From a virus: 64,000 bases of DNA. Numbering within the stretch: the stretch's first letter is position 1; every line of letters starts with the position of its first letter. The stretch spans positions 1 through 64,000 of the IMG/VR virus record IMGVR_UViG_3300010354_000069; one strand, written 5' to 3'. Under the pieces are notes generated by a model. It saw only the letters and a list, made by a program, of their open reading frames with translations. It did not search any database and was not told the origin of the DNA. This document shows, piece by piece, positions 26,169 through 36,306 of the stretch. A program made the translations under genes and the position numbers.

Positions 26169-27686
26169 ATGTATACGGTCCGTTACGACGGGCACGTAGC
26201 CGAGATTGTTCCTAAGCTTCCGGATATTATTGCGGAAGCTCTCAGCAACAAGCTTTGCTATGAACCCAAAGGGGCGGAGTTTTCGCCCAATCACAAGTCT
26301 CGTCGTTGGCGTATGGTCAACGGCAAACGGGTCTTCAACAATCGCGCCACCTGGGACGGCAAAATTCGCTTGTTCAAGAAGGGTCAGCGCAACAATAGCT
26401 TTCCCAGCGGTCTGCTGGTCGAAGCGTTGACTACACTTGGCCCTCTCAAGCTGAACATGAACGTCGTAATGCAGCAACTGACCGCACCCGCGGCACAGAC
26501 TCTGGACGGTCGTCAAATCACGCTAAAGGGCAAAAGTTTTGCAATTCAACTGCGCGACTACCAAAAGGAAGTAGTAGACGCTTTGATCAACGCCCCGTTC
26601 GGCCGCGCTATGGCTGAGTCACCTACGGGATCTGGCAAAAGTGTAATCATTGGGGAGCTCTGCACAAAGTTTCCGGCCATGCACACTCTGATCACTGTGC
26701 CTAGCAAAAGCCTGATGTACCAGACCTCAAGCGATCTGGAAGCCATGCTGGGTGAACCTGTTGGTCGTTATGGCGACGGCATTTTTGAGCTTCACCGTGT
26801 GACCGTAGCCATCATCGACAGTTTGCGCGAAGGGGCAGATACCCCCAAAGCCAAGAGCTGGCTTGAAAGCATCGGTTTGTGGATCATTGATGAAAGCCAT
26901 ATGTCCGCTGCTGACAGCTATTTGCACGTGTCAGGCTTTCTACCCAACACTGAGCGTCGCTTCGGAGTTTCGGCAACAATCTACCGCGAAGACGGTGCCG
27001 AGATGGTGTTTCACGGATTGGTAGGCCCGCTTGCTATCAAGATAGATCCAATGCGCTTGATTGATGCTGGTTATTTGGCACGACCAAATATTGAGATGCA
27101 CATCATCGATCACGACACACAGTCGAGTAGCAGGACCAAGCCAAAGTACGACACCGTATACAAGAATCAGGTAGTCAACAACAGTGACCGTAACGACCTG
27201 ATCTTTGCCCAAGCCCAGCGTTGTCTGGAAGAGAATCTGACTCCGTGTCTGATTCTTATCAAAGACTTGGAACACGGACAGACACTACAAGACATGATTT
27301 CCCACTTGGGTCCTACAGCTTATCTGCAGGGACAGGATTCGCAAACCACGCGGGAAACGGTTGTTCACCAGTTTCAGTCCGGGACCATTCCGTTCTTGGT
27401 TGCCAGCACCATCTTTGACGTTGGTGTGGACCTTCCGGAAGTTCGCTCCGTCATTCTTGCCGGTGCGGGCAAATCAGCTGCGCGTGCAATTCAGCGGGTA
27501 GGGCGTGGTCTTCGCAAGACCAGTCAGAAGAGTGAAGTACTCGTCGTTGACTTCGAAGATCGAGAAGCACATTTTCTGCTGATGCACAGCAATGAGCGTA
27601 TGTGGTGGTATCGTGAGTATTACCCCGGCTGTGTCACTCGCGTACGCAATGGCGTACCGCTAAGGGATCTTGGCCTAGGTTTCTGA
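26169..27686 (+). CDS. SF2 DExH helicase (UvsW/RadD-like)
   Basis: LRDYQ, PTGSGKS, IDESH, SAT, GVDLP and QRVGRGLR. Confidence 0.92.
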   Translation: MYTVRYDGHVAEIVPKLPDIIAEALSNKLCYEPKGAEFSPNHKSRRWRMVNGKRVFNNRATWDGKIRLFKKGQRNNSFPSGLLVEALTTLGPLKLNMNVVMQQLTAPAAQTLDGRQITLKGKSFAIQLRDYQKEVVDALINAPFGRAMAESPTGSGKSVIIGELCTKFPAMHTLITVPSKSLMYQTSSDLEAMLGEPVGRYGDGIFELHRVTVAIIDSLREGADTPKAKSWLESIGLWIIDESHMSAADSYLHVSGFLPNTERRFGVSATIYREDGAEMVFHGLVGPLAIKIDPMRLIDAGYLARPNIEMHIIDHDTQSSSRTKPKYDTVYKNQVVNNSDRNDLIFAQAQRCLEENLTPCLILIKDLEHGQTLQDMISHLGPTAYLQGQDSQTTRETVVHQFQSGTIPFLVASTIFDVGVDLPEVRSVILAGAGKSAARAIQRVGRGLRKTSQKSEVLVVDFEDREAHFLLMHSNERMWWYREYYPGCVTRVRNGVPLRDLGLGF

Positions 27687-27695
27687 GGTAGAGAC

Positions 27696-28943
27696 ATGGA
27701 AAGCGTATGGAAAGACCTGCGCGATGAAATTGAGTCCAGCATCAGCATCGGTATGCTGGCCAAAACGAACCGTACGCGAATTCCTTGCCCTTTCCACAAT
27801 AGCGTTGCACCAGACATGCAAATCCTGCACCACGAGAACAAGTGGCGGTGTTGGGGCAAGTGCTCGTCTACGCATCCTGGAAAGCGCAGTATCTTTGATT
27901 GGGTGATGCTGGAACAAGGAGTAGACTTTGGTGCTGCTTTCAAAATTCTTGCTGAAGAAGCTGGAATCTCAGTAGCACCGAACAAAGAGCGCACCAAGAT
28001 TCTGTCAGAGGTGCAGGACTTTTACTACGAGGAGCTACAAACCAACGACAAGGCAAAGGCATACCTTACACGAAGGGGCTTTGGTGACCAGCTGATCTTT
28101 CAGCGACGTCTGGGGTTTGCCAGCTCTGACTCCATGCCCCCAGTAAGTATTCGTGATCTGGACCGAGTGGGTTTAATGGTCCCGGGAATGTATGGCCCAT
28201 ACCTGCATTTTCAGGACCGTCTGGTCTACCCGGTCTACGACATGAAGTACAACCTGGTTCAGATGCAAGGTAGGCTTATTGCACCGGCGCGCAACGAGAG
28301 TACACCCAAGTACAAGGCTCTGCCTGAAGACAAGGTGGAGTTGCGCGGTCGCAGCATTTACCAGTGTCTTGCCGGGGAAGAGCTACTCAAGCGCACGGAC
28401 ATCAAAGACATCATTCTTTGTGAAGGGTGGCCTGACAGGGAAACCTTATTTGCTTGGGGTTTCAACAGCGTATCCCTATTTGGCAACAAAGGTATTAGCA
28501 GGCACGCGCACAAATTCAAGAATGTGGAGCGTATTCACGTAATTCTTGATCCTGATGAGGCCAGCCAAAGCCATGTCTTGAACGAGCTTTACACATTGCA
28601 GTGTCGCCTCCCTGAAGTTGATATTCGCAATGTGAAGTTGGATACCGATGGCATGGACCTGAATGACTGGGCCGTTTCCGGCAGAGTAGGCCAACCATTG
28701 GGACGCTTTGGCAATACGGACAAGATCGAACAGCTGCAGATAATGCTGAACAACAGCAAACCGTTGCTGGAAGATCTTGTCGATACTTGGGCAAGTAACA
28801 GGAGTTACTGGCAGATGCTGCTGTCCGCCATCAGCTGTAGCCCTGACAGCGAACGATATGTTGCGCAGTTTGCCACAGCGGTAAATGAAAGCACGCATAC
28901 TGTAAAGTTTGCCATGAACATGGTCGCGGGAGACAATCAATGA
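27696..28943 (+). CDS. dnaG: DnaG-type DNA primase
   Basis: CPFH...C..C zinc finger, F.DRLVYP, PKY, Toprim CEGWPD and LDPDEA. Confidence 0.88.
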   Translation: MESVWKDLRDEIESSISIGMLAKTNRTRIPCPFHNSVAPDMQILHHENKWRCWGKCSSTHPGKRSIFDWVMLEQGVDFGAAFKILAEEAGISVAPNKERTKILSEVQDFYYEELQTNDKAKAYLTRRGFGDQLIFQRRLGFASSDSMPPVSIRDLDRVGLMVPGMYGPYLHFQDRLVYPVYDMKYNLVQMQGRLIAPARNESTPKYKALPEDKVELRGRSIYQCLAGEELLKRTDIKDIILCEGWPDRETLFAWGFNSVSLFGNKGISRHAHKFKNVERIHVILDPDEASQSHVLNELYTLQCRLPEVDIRNVKLDTDGMDLNDWAVSGRVGQPLGRFGNTDKIEQLQIMLNNSKPLLEDLVDTWASNRSYWQMLLSAISCSPDSERYVAQFATAVNESTHTVKFAMNMVAGDNQ

Positions 28944-29209
28944 TCATTCGCCCTGGACAAGGTCCTGCACCAGACCCCTTTCGGGCGACGGTGGACCCTC
29001 TCAACGGTACTACTCGAATTGAACATGACTCTGGAGTGGAAGTCATGATCACGTCAAAAGGTACTGTCCACCTGCGGGATGGTCAGGGTGTGGTAATACA
29101 GACCAAACCCGGAGCAATCTTGGAGATTGCAGCCAAGGAATTGCATTTCTATACTGAAGAACAGCCAAAGTTCTTCAAGGTAGAAACAGTGAAACAGAAT
29201 GAGCAGTAA
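28940..29209 (+). CDS. Small beta-strand-rich protein (spike-repeat-like)
   Basis: TRIEHDSGVEVMITSKGTVHL pattern; GGAG RBS. Confidence 0.5.
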   Translation: MIIRPGQGPAPDPFRATVDPLNGTTRIEHDSGVEVMITSKGTVHLRDGQGVVIQTKPGAILEIAAKELHFYTEEQPKFFKVETVKQNEQ

Positions 29210-29855
29210 CTACAAGACCAATGCCAAGCTCTTGGGAGCGGGTGCACTGGTTAGTGCAGTAGTAGTAGCGGTCACGCTGTTGTATGCAAAAAGTTGCGGG
29301 CACGAACAAGCTTTTGTGCCTGTGGCAACACCGCAACCACGGGTAACCACTACTTCAACTGCTACTGCTAGTACGGCAGTTGCACAGACCGTCACCGTAC
29401 GAATAAAAAGACCAAAGAAGGTTATCGCTAAAAGCAGTGCTGATACCAAACCGGAGCCCGCGGAGGGGCTATCAGAAGAAGAGATAGTGGTAGAGGTGAC
29501 GCAGCACGCCACTGCTTCGGCAATGGCTGCTGCCACCTCTTCTGTTACGCAAGAGCCCGAGGAGACCTCAGTAGCTTCAGGAAGACAAGACAGTGACCTG
29601 ACCGATGCCAGTCGATGGGGCTTTGGAGCAGGTTTGGTACAGGGCACCGTGTTTGTTGACTATCAGCTGATCAGACAGCGCATATTGAACCAAGAACTTT
29701 CTCTGGATGTTCAAGCAAACCACGTACAGGCCGGCGCTGGTCTGGCAATTACAGTGACCGGCCCAGTGTTCGTGGAAACTGGTTTGAGTTTCCCATACAC
29801 AAGTACGGCGCAACCTGTTCCCTATTTGGGAGCAGGTCTTCGGCTGAGGTTTTGA
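29199..29855 (+). CDS. Membrane-anchored protein with C-terminal amphipathic beta-strands (spanin-like?)
   Basis: N-terminal TM followed by Cys, a Thr/Ala/Glu linker, and a C-terminus YLGAGLRLRF. Confidence 0.5.
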   Translation: MSSNYKTNAKLLGAGALVSAVVVAVTLLYAKSCGHEQAFVPVATPQPRVTTTSTATASTAVAQTVTVRIKRPKKVIAKSSADTKPEPAEGLSEEEIVVEVTQHATASAMAAATSSVTQEPEETSVASGRQDSDLTDASRWGFGAGLVQGTVFVDYQLIRQRILNQELSLDVQANHVQAGAGLAITVTGPVFVETGLSFPYTSTAQPVPYLGAGLRLRF

Positions 29856-30046
29856 TTGTGACAGAAAACGAGTACTGGCAACCTGCCAGACGCGGTGAGG
29901 TAGCGTGTACTCACGGTGTAGGACACCCACTACCAAGGCAACGCGATCCAGTACACGGCTGTGACGGTTGTTGCAGCCGTGAAGATTTTCCGGGACGAAG
30001 AGATGAGCAACCCACCAAAAACAAAGAAACTGATAGGTCTGGATGA
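29852..30046 (+). CDS. Small Cys/His-rich hypothetical protein
   Basis: CTHGVGHP...HGCDGCC; TTGA overlap. Confidence 0.5.
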   Translation: MIVTENEYWQPARRGEVACTHGVGHPLPRQRDPVHGCDGCCSREDFPGRRDEQPTKNKETDRSG

Positions 30047-30761
30047 AGTAGGTTGGGGTGCCGTAGCGGGTCCGATGGTAATCTGTGCTACCTACGTTCC
30101 TACTGAGCATTGGGACCTTCTTCGGTCTTGGGGCTTTCGAGACACAAAAAGACTTGGCAGCAAGCTGAAGTTTACAAACCACAAGCGTCTGCGCGTGTCC
30201 GATCACATAGGCGAAGCCTTGGCACACCGCCTGGACGACACGGAAGAAAGCCTGGCAAGCTGGTGCATTGTGCCGGTTGACCCAATTACCATTGATTTGC
30301 TAACACCAGCCGTTGCCAAGAACCGCGCGTACAGACGAGCAGTAATGATGATGCTGGCTGCAAATGGTTGGGGCATGGATGAAGTTGAAGTCTTGGTTGA
30401 CGGCAAGTTTCCTGCAAAGTTACTGCCTAAAGAAATAGAGCAGGACACTATCCCTACGGCCGATGCGCTAGTACTGCCCGCAGCGGTAGCCAGCGTGCTA
30501 GCCAAAGCTTATCGAGACCCGTACATGCGCAAGCTCGGCACACTGTACCCCGCGTTTGGTTTTGACAAGAACAAAGGCTACCCCACCAAGGAACACATGG
30601 ATATCTTGCTCAGGCATGGTCCAATCAAGGGAATTCACCGAACCCACTACCTCAAGAAATGGCTGATGAACTACTATGCTCGTACAGCCCCTAGCAAGAA
30701 ACCCCCACTACCCCGTTGGCTGCACGAGTCCGGATTTCTGTCCGAAGGCTATGGCGCCTGA
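30003..30761 (+). CDS. rnhB: Ribonuclease HII
   Basis: GLDEVGWGAVAGPM, RDTK, VDG, ASVLAKAYRD, NKGYPT and HR. Confidence 0.92.
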   Translation: MSNPPKTKKLIGLDEVGWGAVAGPMVICATYVPTEHWDLLRSWGFRDTKRLGSKLKFTNHKRLRVSDHIGEALAHRLDDTEESLASWCIVPVDPITIDLLTPAVAKNRAYRRAVMMMLAANGWGMDEVEVLVDGKFPAKLLPKEIEQDTIPTADALVLPAAVASVLAKAYRDPYMRKLGTLYPAFGFDKNKGYPTKEHMDILLRHGPIKGIHRTHYLKKWLMNYYARTAPSKKPPLPRWLHESGFLSEGYGA

Positions 30762-30770
30762 TCATAAGGA

Positions 30771-32771
30771 TTGATACGCATGACGCTACAGGAAGGCTTT
30801 GGTATTGGGGCTTTCAAGAACAAGCCGACCCAAGTAACGCTGGCTGACGGATTTGCCGGCATTGCAACCAACATCCCCTCATTTCTCAACGATCAGCAGC
30901 GTGCTGTTGTAGAGTCTTCGATTGATGGAGTGAAACTGGTAATTGCCGGTGCCGGCACTGGCAAAACTACCGGCTGTATTCTTGCGCGAGCCGATTACCT
31001 GTATGCCAAGCGTCCGGGCAAGATCGCGATTCTGGCTTTCAACAAAAGCGTGCAGCTTGAGCTTGAAGACAAGGTACAGACTGCGCTATCACCTATTGCC
31101 GCTGCCAACACAAGTGTCTTTACCAACCACAGCATTGCTTACCGGCTAGTCATGAAGAATCTTGGTGTTCTGAAACTTCCAGCCAAGACCGAAGTCGTGG
31201 ACAAAGACTGGAAGATGATTGCTTGGCTAAAAGAGCAGCGCACGGCAGAAATGGGCAAGAGTCCGAGTGAGCGACTGCCTGGATTCGAGCCAGCATTTCT
31301 CAAGTTCACCGACCCGCAGATGCGCGCCTTGCTCATGTGCGAAGAGTTGAGCAGTGCTAGAGGGTTGCCGTCGGGTTTGGCCAAGAACGAGTTTCGTGTA
31401 CTGCGAGACACCACTACCGAATACGTGGATGGTTTTCTTCGCTGGGCAAGACTCAATCGCTGTCTCTACGGCAAACTGATGTTTCGCGACCTACTGCCAT
31501 TGGCGGCAAGGTTGCCCATCGAGGCTTACGAAAGCTTTGGGTTCAAGCACGTACTGGTAGATGAAGCACAGGACTTGAACACCGACCAACACGAAGTAGT
31601 TGGTAAATTTGCCGAAGTGGTGGAAAGCCTGCTGCTCGTAGGTGACCCTTCCCAGTGCATCTACAAGTTCAACGGCTCACGACCGGACATGTTCACTGGT
31701 ATTGCAACCAGGTACAAGAACGTTGAGACGTTTCATCTCAGCATCAACTACCGCTCAAATGAACCAATCCTCAACATGGCAAACAGTCTTCTGGAAAACC
31801 AGCTGCGTAGTCCGATCAGACTGCAGCCAAGTACCAGCAAGCCTGGAACTCCAGTAGTCAATCTCTCAGATCCCAAGAGCCTGGTACCTTGGATTCGTTC
31901 AGCATTGAACAGCGGCACCAAGCCGTCAGAAATTGCTGTACTGTACCGAGTGAACGCCCACTCACTAAAAGTAGAAATAGCTCTGACGCAGGCAGGTATT
32001 CCCTACCAGTCTCGCTCAGGTTCATTTTTTGAGCACCAAGCCGTGCAGGACATCTTTGCCTATCTACGCTTCCTTCACCCAGCGTCTCAGCGGGAGCAGG
32101 AGGATTGGGAAACGATTGTCAGTCACGCCAAGTACTTGGGGCAGAAGACAGCCGATGCCGCTTGGGCAGAGTCCAAAGGCAAGCCTCTGTCGTTGCGGCT
32201 GCCCCCAAGCTCTATCAAGACACGTGGGCAGAAAGAGGCGTGGCACCAGCTGGTCCACAATTGCGAAGTCATCTGTGACTCCATGCTGGGCAGTAGAAAC
32301 AACCCCAGCGTCGATATCGACAACCTCGTCACCCGTTACGTGAAACCTGCGTGGGAAGACCGTTGGGCAGACGACCCAGAAAGACTGGGCGAAGCGGAAA
32401 TGATTGCTGGCGCGCTCATTGAGTGGGCAGCCGGTTACAAAGACATTCCTGAACTACTCAAGTTTGCCAAGGAAATGTCCGTGCAGGACCCTCACGGTGT
32501 AGTGCTCAGTACAGTGCACAAAGCCAAAGGTCTTGAGTGGCCAGTGGTCGCACTGTGGAACCTTGGTGATGGCACCTTTCCCTTGTCGCACAGTCGTGTC
32601 GACTACGAGGAAGAAATGTGCATTCTCTACGTGGCAGTAACTCGAGCCAAAACCAACCTAGTCTTGGTCAAGTCCGAGAACACCAGCCACAACAGCAGCC
32701 TGCTGCACAGATTGTCCGAAGAGCAAAGCAAGCAGTTCCAAGAATTGCTTGACTTGTTTGATGGATTCTGA
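30771..32771 (+). CDS. UvrD/PcrA/Rep SF1 helicase
   Basis: AGAGTGKT, VDEAQD, VGDPSQCIY.F, NYRS, TVHKAKGLEW and YVAVTRAK. Confidence 0.93.
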   Translation: MIRMTLQEGFGIGAFKNKPTQVTLADGFAGIATNIPSFLNDQQRAVVESSIDGVKLVIAGAGTGKTTGCILARADYLYAKRPGKIAILAFNKSVQLELEDKVQTALSPIAAANTSVFTNHSIAYRLVMKNLGVLKLPAKTEVVDKDWKMIAWLKEQRTAEMGKSPSERLPGFEPAFLKFTDPQMRALLMCEELSSARGLPSGLAKNEFRVLRDTTTEYVDGFLRWARLNRCLYGKLMFRDLLPLAARLPIEAYESFGFKHVLVDEAQDLNTDQHEVVGKFAEVVESLLLVGDPSQCIYKFNGSRPDMFTGIATRYKNVETFHLSINYRSNEPILNMANSLLENQLRSPIRLQPSTSKPGTPVVNLSDPKSLVPWIRSALNSGTKPSEIAVLYRVNAHSLKVEIALTQAGIPYQSRSGSFFEHQAVQDIFAYLRFLHPASQREQEDWETIVSHAKYLGQKTADAAWAESKGKPLSLRLPPSSIKTRGQKEAWHQLVHNCEVICDSMLGSRNNPSVDIDNLVTRYVKPAWEDRWADDPERLGEAEMIAGALIEWAAGYKDIPELLKFAKEMSVQDPHGVVLSTVHKAKGLEWPVVALWNLGDGTFPLSHSRVDYEEEMCILYVAVTRAKTNLVLVKSENTSHNSSLLHRLSEEQSKQFQELLDLFDGF

Positions 32772-32793
32772 CGAGCAGGGGTAAACAATCAGA

Positions 32794-32816
32794 GGGCGGG
32801 TCGCAGAGACCCGCCC
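32794..32816 (+). terminator. Intergenic hairpin
   Basis: GGGCGGGTC-GCAGA-GACCCGCCC. No U-tract. Confidence 0.4.
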
Positions 32817-32829
32817 CAAGGAGTTTGTC

Positions 32830-33213
32830 ATGCAAATCAATCCGGATGCACGCGTGCATGCTATTATGCTCTCCTACATGAAAAGCTCCGACGGGCTAAA
32901 CAGTGTAGAGGCTCTGAAGCAAATTGATGCTCAGACCGTGCCAGTGTTGATGGATACTCTGGGAATCCTACCAGTGACCAGACAGACAATGGACAGGTTC
33001 ATAGAGTTCATGGAAGCACTTGACAGAGAGTTGGCAAACCAAGGACTTGCTGAATTCAAGGACCACCCTAGACTTAAAGCTGCGGTTGCATACTTCAAGG
33101 AAACCAACCCAGCGGAAGTCACTTGGCGGGGCGAGGCAAATCAAGAGTCACCCTTGGATTTGTACGCAACAGTGCGCAGAGATATTTGGAACTCCCTTTC
33201 AGGAAAGGAATAA
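32830..33213 (+). CDS. Hypothetical protein
   Basis: AAGGAG RBS; 127 aa. Confidence 0.6.
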   Translation: MQINPDARVHAIMLSYMKSSDGLNSVEALKQIDAQTVPVLMDTLGILPVTRQTMDRFIEFMEALDRELANQGLAEFKDHPRLKAAVAYFKETNPAEVTWRGEANQESPLDLYATVRRDIWNSLSGKE

Positions 33214-33215
33214 TC

Positions 33216-35738
33216 ATGCAGACCTTACCGGGTCACATTGCTGAACTTGCAGCCACTTTGCCGGCTCTGTCCGCAAACGCTACCACAGTGCTTCAGAAGC
33301 GCTACCTTGACCGTGACGAGCGGGGCAACCCGCACGAGACCGTGGACGGCTTGTTCTGGCGCGTAGCCAGCACTCTTGCTGCCGTCGATGCTAAGTACGG
33401 CAACGAAGACGAGCAGCACGTCAGTGCTGAAGAGTTCTTCAGTATGATGCGGGGCAGCGAGTTTCTCCCGAACAGCCCGACCTTGGCAAATGCGGGTACT
33501 CGAACCGGACAGCTCTCTGCTTGCTTCGTTCTGCCAGTTGCTGACGCACTTAGCAACGGTGTAAACGGTATCTACGATACCCTGCGTGAAGCGCAGTTGA
33601 TCTTTCAGACCGGCGGCGGCGTTGGCTACAGCTTCAGCCGCTTGCGCGGTAAGGGCAAGATTGTAGAAACCACACGCGGGTTCAGCTCCGGACCTGTTAG
33701 CTTCATGGACGTCTACAACACGTCTTGCGGCTCGATTGCGCAAGGCGGAATTCGTCGCGGTGCGCAGATGGGCATCCTTCGCGTCGATCATCCGGATATC
33801 ATGGAGTTCATTCGGTACAAGGAAGACTTGACCAAGCTGACCAACTTCAACGTGTCAGTTGCTGTAACCGAAGAGTTTCTCAAAGCGCTGAAGAACAGTG
33901 AGCAGTATCAACTGGTTGATCCCAACAGCGGACCTACCGGTGAGTTTCTTGAAGCCCGTGAAGTCTGGAATGAAATTATTCAGCGTGCTTGGTCTACTGG
34001 TGAGCCTGGCCTGTTCTTCATTGATCGGGCTAATGCTGAGCACCCTACTCCAAAGCTCGGCGCCTATGAAGCTACAAACCCATGCGGTGAACAGCCTCTG
34101 GCACCCTACGAGTCTTGCAACTTGGGATCTCTCACTCTGGATACCTTCGTAGAAAACGGCAAGCTTGACTGGAAGCGGCTCGAAAGAGCCACCCACCGGG
34201 CTATTCACCTGATGGACAACGTGGTTGATGCCAACGCCTACGTTCCCGCTCGTGGTGAAAACCCCGGTGTTCCCAAGATTCGGGAAATCACGCTTCAGAC
34301 GCGTAAGCTCGGTCTTGGTGTCATGGGTTTGGCTCGTATGCTGTTCAAGCTGGGCCTTGGCTACGACACGGAAGAAGGCCGTGACGTAGCTGCGCGTGTC
34401 TACGCGTTTATCGATGCTCACAGCAAGATTGCTTCCTGCAACCTGGCTGCCAAGCGCGGTGCTTTCCCGTACTTCCAGGCAAACAAAGCAGAGGCAGAAA
34501 CGTTCTTCAAGCGTTACTGGACCAAGCGAGCAGAAACCGCGAGATACGAGGGCTGGGAAGACATTGCCAGTCTTTACGAGAAGGCTGTGCAGCTGATGCA
34601 AACGCACGGTGTTCGCAACAGCACGACAACCACCGTAGCGCCTACCGGCACGCTATCTATTCTGCACGATACCTCTGGCGGCTGTGAGCCGGAGTTTGCG
34701 CTCGTAATCAGTCGTTGGCAAGCCGATACCGAAATGTTCGAGGCAAACCCCGTGTTTGCTGCAGAGCTGAAAAGCGCGGGCCTCACCTCAGAAGAAGTGG
34801 AAGCTGTCTACAAGGCACTCGGTGGAAGTCGTGGATCCCTTCAGGAGGCTCTTGCCAAGGGCAAGCTAGACAGTCTCATGGAACCCGCACTAAGCGTTCT
34901 CAAGCGGCTCAGTAATACGTACGCCGTTGCCGGTGACATTGCTCCACGGGATCACGTGCTTATGCAGGCAGCCCTGCAGAAGCACTGTGACAGCGCAATC
35001 AGCAAGACCATCAACTTCCCCAACGAAGCTACCGTTGAGGAAGTCGAGGCCGCTTACTGGCTGGCAATCGAAGCCGGCTGCAAGGGCATCACGGTGTATC
35101 GTGACGGCTCGCGTATGTTCCAGCCACTGACTGCAGGGGACAAGAAAACCGAGAAGAAAGATAAGCAGGCTACAAAAGAGGTAGAAACTCTAGTTAGCCA
35201 GCCCAGACCTCGTCCGGACACCCTTATCGGTTTGACAAAGATGCAGCACACCGGCGACGGCAAACTGTACGTCACCATGAACTATGACGAGGAAGGCTTG
35301 CGTGAAGTATTTCCTGTGGTAGGACGTTCCGGTGGCACGATCTTCTCGCTGACCGAGGCCATTGGCAGGTTGATTAGCTTGGCTCTGCAGTACCACGTAC
35401 CCGTTAGGGAAATCGTACACAAGCTGATCGGCATCCGCTCGGCTAATGTCTTTGGTATTGGACCCAAGCAGGTACTTAGCATTCCTGATGCGATTGGCAA
35501 GGTCATGAACCAGAGTCAGAACGGGAGTCTCAAATCCGAGATTACCAGTATCGAGCAGTACATTCCGGAAGCAGTGACAGCGCTGACGGAGACTTCGCAA
35601 GAAGTATCCTCTAGGTTGCAGGCTTTGGAGCACGGCGAAAGTCCTGAGTGCCCTAACTGCGGGGCACCCATGAAGTTCGGCGAAGGTTGCCGCGGCGGTA
35701 GCTGTACTAATCTTGAGTGCGGCTACGCAAAGTGCTGA
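33216..35738 (+). CDS. nrdJ: Class II (B12-dependent) ribonucleotide reductase
   Basis: PNSPTL.NAG, LSACFV, NPCGEQ, TVAPTGT, SKTIN, TVYRDGSR, plus a C-terminal TSCPD-like domain and CPNC Zn ribbon. Start ATG 33216 after AAGGA. Confidence 0.93.
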   Translation: MQTLPGHIAELAATLPALSANATTVLQKRYLDRDERGNPHETVDGLFWRVASTLAAVDAKYGNEDEQHVSAEEFFSMMRGSEFLPNSPTLANAGTRTGQLSACFVLPVADALSNGVNGIYDTLREAQLIFQTGGGVGYSFSRLRGKGKIVETTRGFSSGPVSFMDVYNTSCGSIAQGGIRRGAQMGILRVDHPDIMEFIRYKEDLTKLTNFNVSVAVTEEFLKALKNSEQYQLVDPNSGPTGEFLEAREVWNEIIQRAWSTGEPGLFFIDRANAEHPTPKLGAYEATNPCGEQPLAPYESCNLGSLTLDTFVENGKLDWKRLERATHRAIHLMDNVVDANAYVPARGENPGVPKIREITLQTRKLGLGVMGLARMLFKLGLGYDTEEGRDVAARVYAFIDAHSKIASCNLAAKRGAFPYFQANKAEAETFFKRYWTKRAETARYEGWEDIASLYEKAVQLMQTHGVRNSTTTTVAPTGTLSILHDTSGGCEPEFALVISRWQADTEMFEANPVFAAELKSAGLTSEEVEAVYKALGGSRGSLQEALAKGKLDSLMEPALSVLKRLSNTYAVAGDIAPRDHVLMQAALQKHCDSAISKTINFPNEATVEEVEAAYWLAIEAGCKGITVYRDGSRMFQPLTAGDKKTEKKDKQATKEVETLVSQPRPRPDTLIGLTKMQHTGDGKLYVTMNYDEEGLREVFPVVGRSGGTIFSLTEAIGRLISLALQYHVPVREIVHKLIGIRSANVFGIGPKQVLSIPDAIGKVMNQSQNGSLKSEITSIEQYIPEAVTALTETSQEVSSRLQALEHGESPECPNCGAPMKFGEGCRGGSCTNLECGYAKC

Positions 35739-35748
35739 GGTAGAAACG

Positions 35749-35782
35749 GGGGAGTCCGGCAAATGCCGGACTCCCCTTTTTT
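35749..35782 (+). terminator. Rho-independent terminator
   Basis: GGGGAGTCCGGC-AAAT-GCCGGACTCCCC-TTTTTT. Confidence 0.9.
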
Positions 35783-35853
35783 ATTGCGTCACGCCGTAGT
35801 ACGTACAGCCAACTTGGGGTACACTCAAAGCACCGAAAGGATGAGTGTAGCCC

Positions 35854-36306
35854 GTGGAACCCGTTTACATCTTTACCGTCGAACAATTCAAGGAAGAGCT
35901 TGAGGAAAAACTCAAGAACGTAACACACGTAGCGGTCATGCCCGCGCGTAGTGAAATCTATGGTGTGGGTGAAGGGCTGTCTTTTGACGGTTTTACCATG
36001 CCTATCGTCGGTCTTACACTTAACACTGTTGCAGGGCTGAATGGCATGATTTCCCACATGCTCAGGCAAAGTGACAATCAGTTTGAACCGTACTGCGCAG
36101 ATGAAAAGTTCATTGAAGCAGCACAGAAGCGTCTTGACGCAGAGCGGGCAGCGCTAGAAAATCGTCAAGCAGCTGAGCAAGCTAGAAATGCTGAGCTTGC
36201 TTCAATTGCCAGCAAGCTAGCTTCCCCATACATTGATGCGGGACACCAGCTTGAGAGCGCGCTCCCCCTGATTCTGGAGGCCATCGAACAACATGAAAAT
36301 CGCTGA
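35854..36306 (+). CDS. Hypothetical protein
   Basis: 150-aa ORF; N-terminus loosely similar to that of the next gene. Confidence 0.6.
   Translation: MEPVYIFTVEQFKEELEEKLKNVTHVAVMPARSEIYGVGEGLSFDGFTMPIVGLTLNTVAGLNGMISHMLRQSDNQFEPYCADEKFIEAAQKRLDAERAALENRQAAEQARNAELASIASKLASPYIDAGHQLESALPLILEAIEQHENR

Noticed and set aside
33123-33215. Extended N-terminus of RNR from TTG 33123
   Set aside because: It overlaps the upstream gene, while ATG 33216 has an AAGGA RBS right after the upstream stop.
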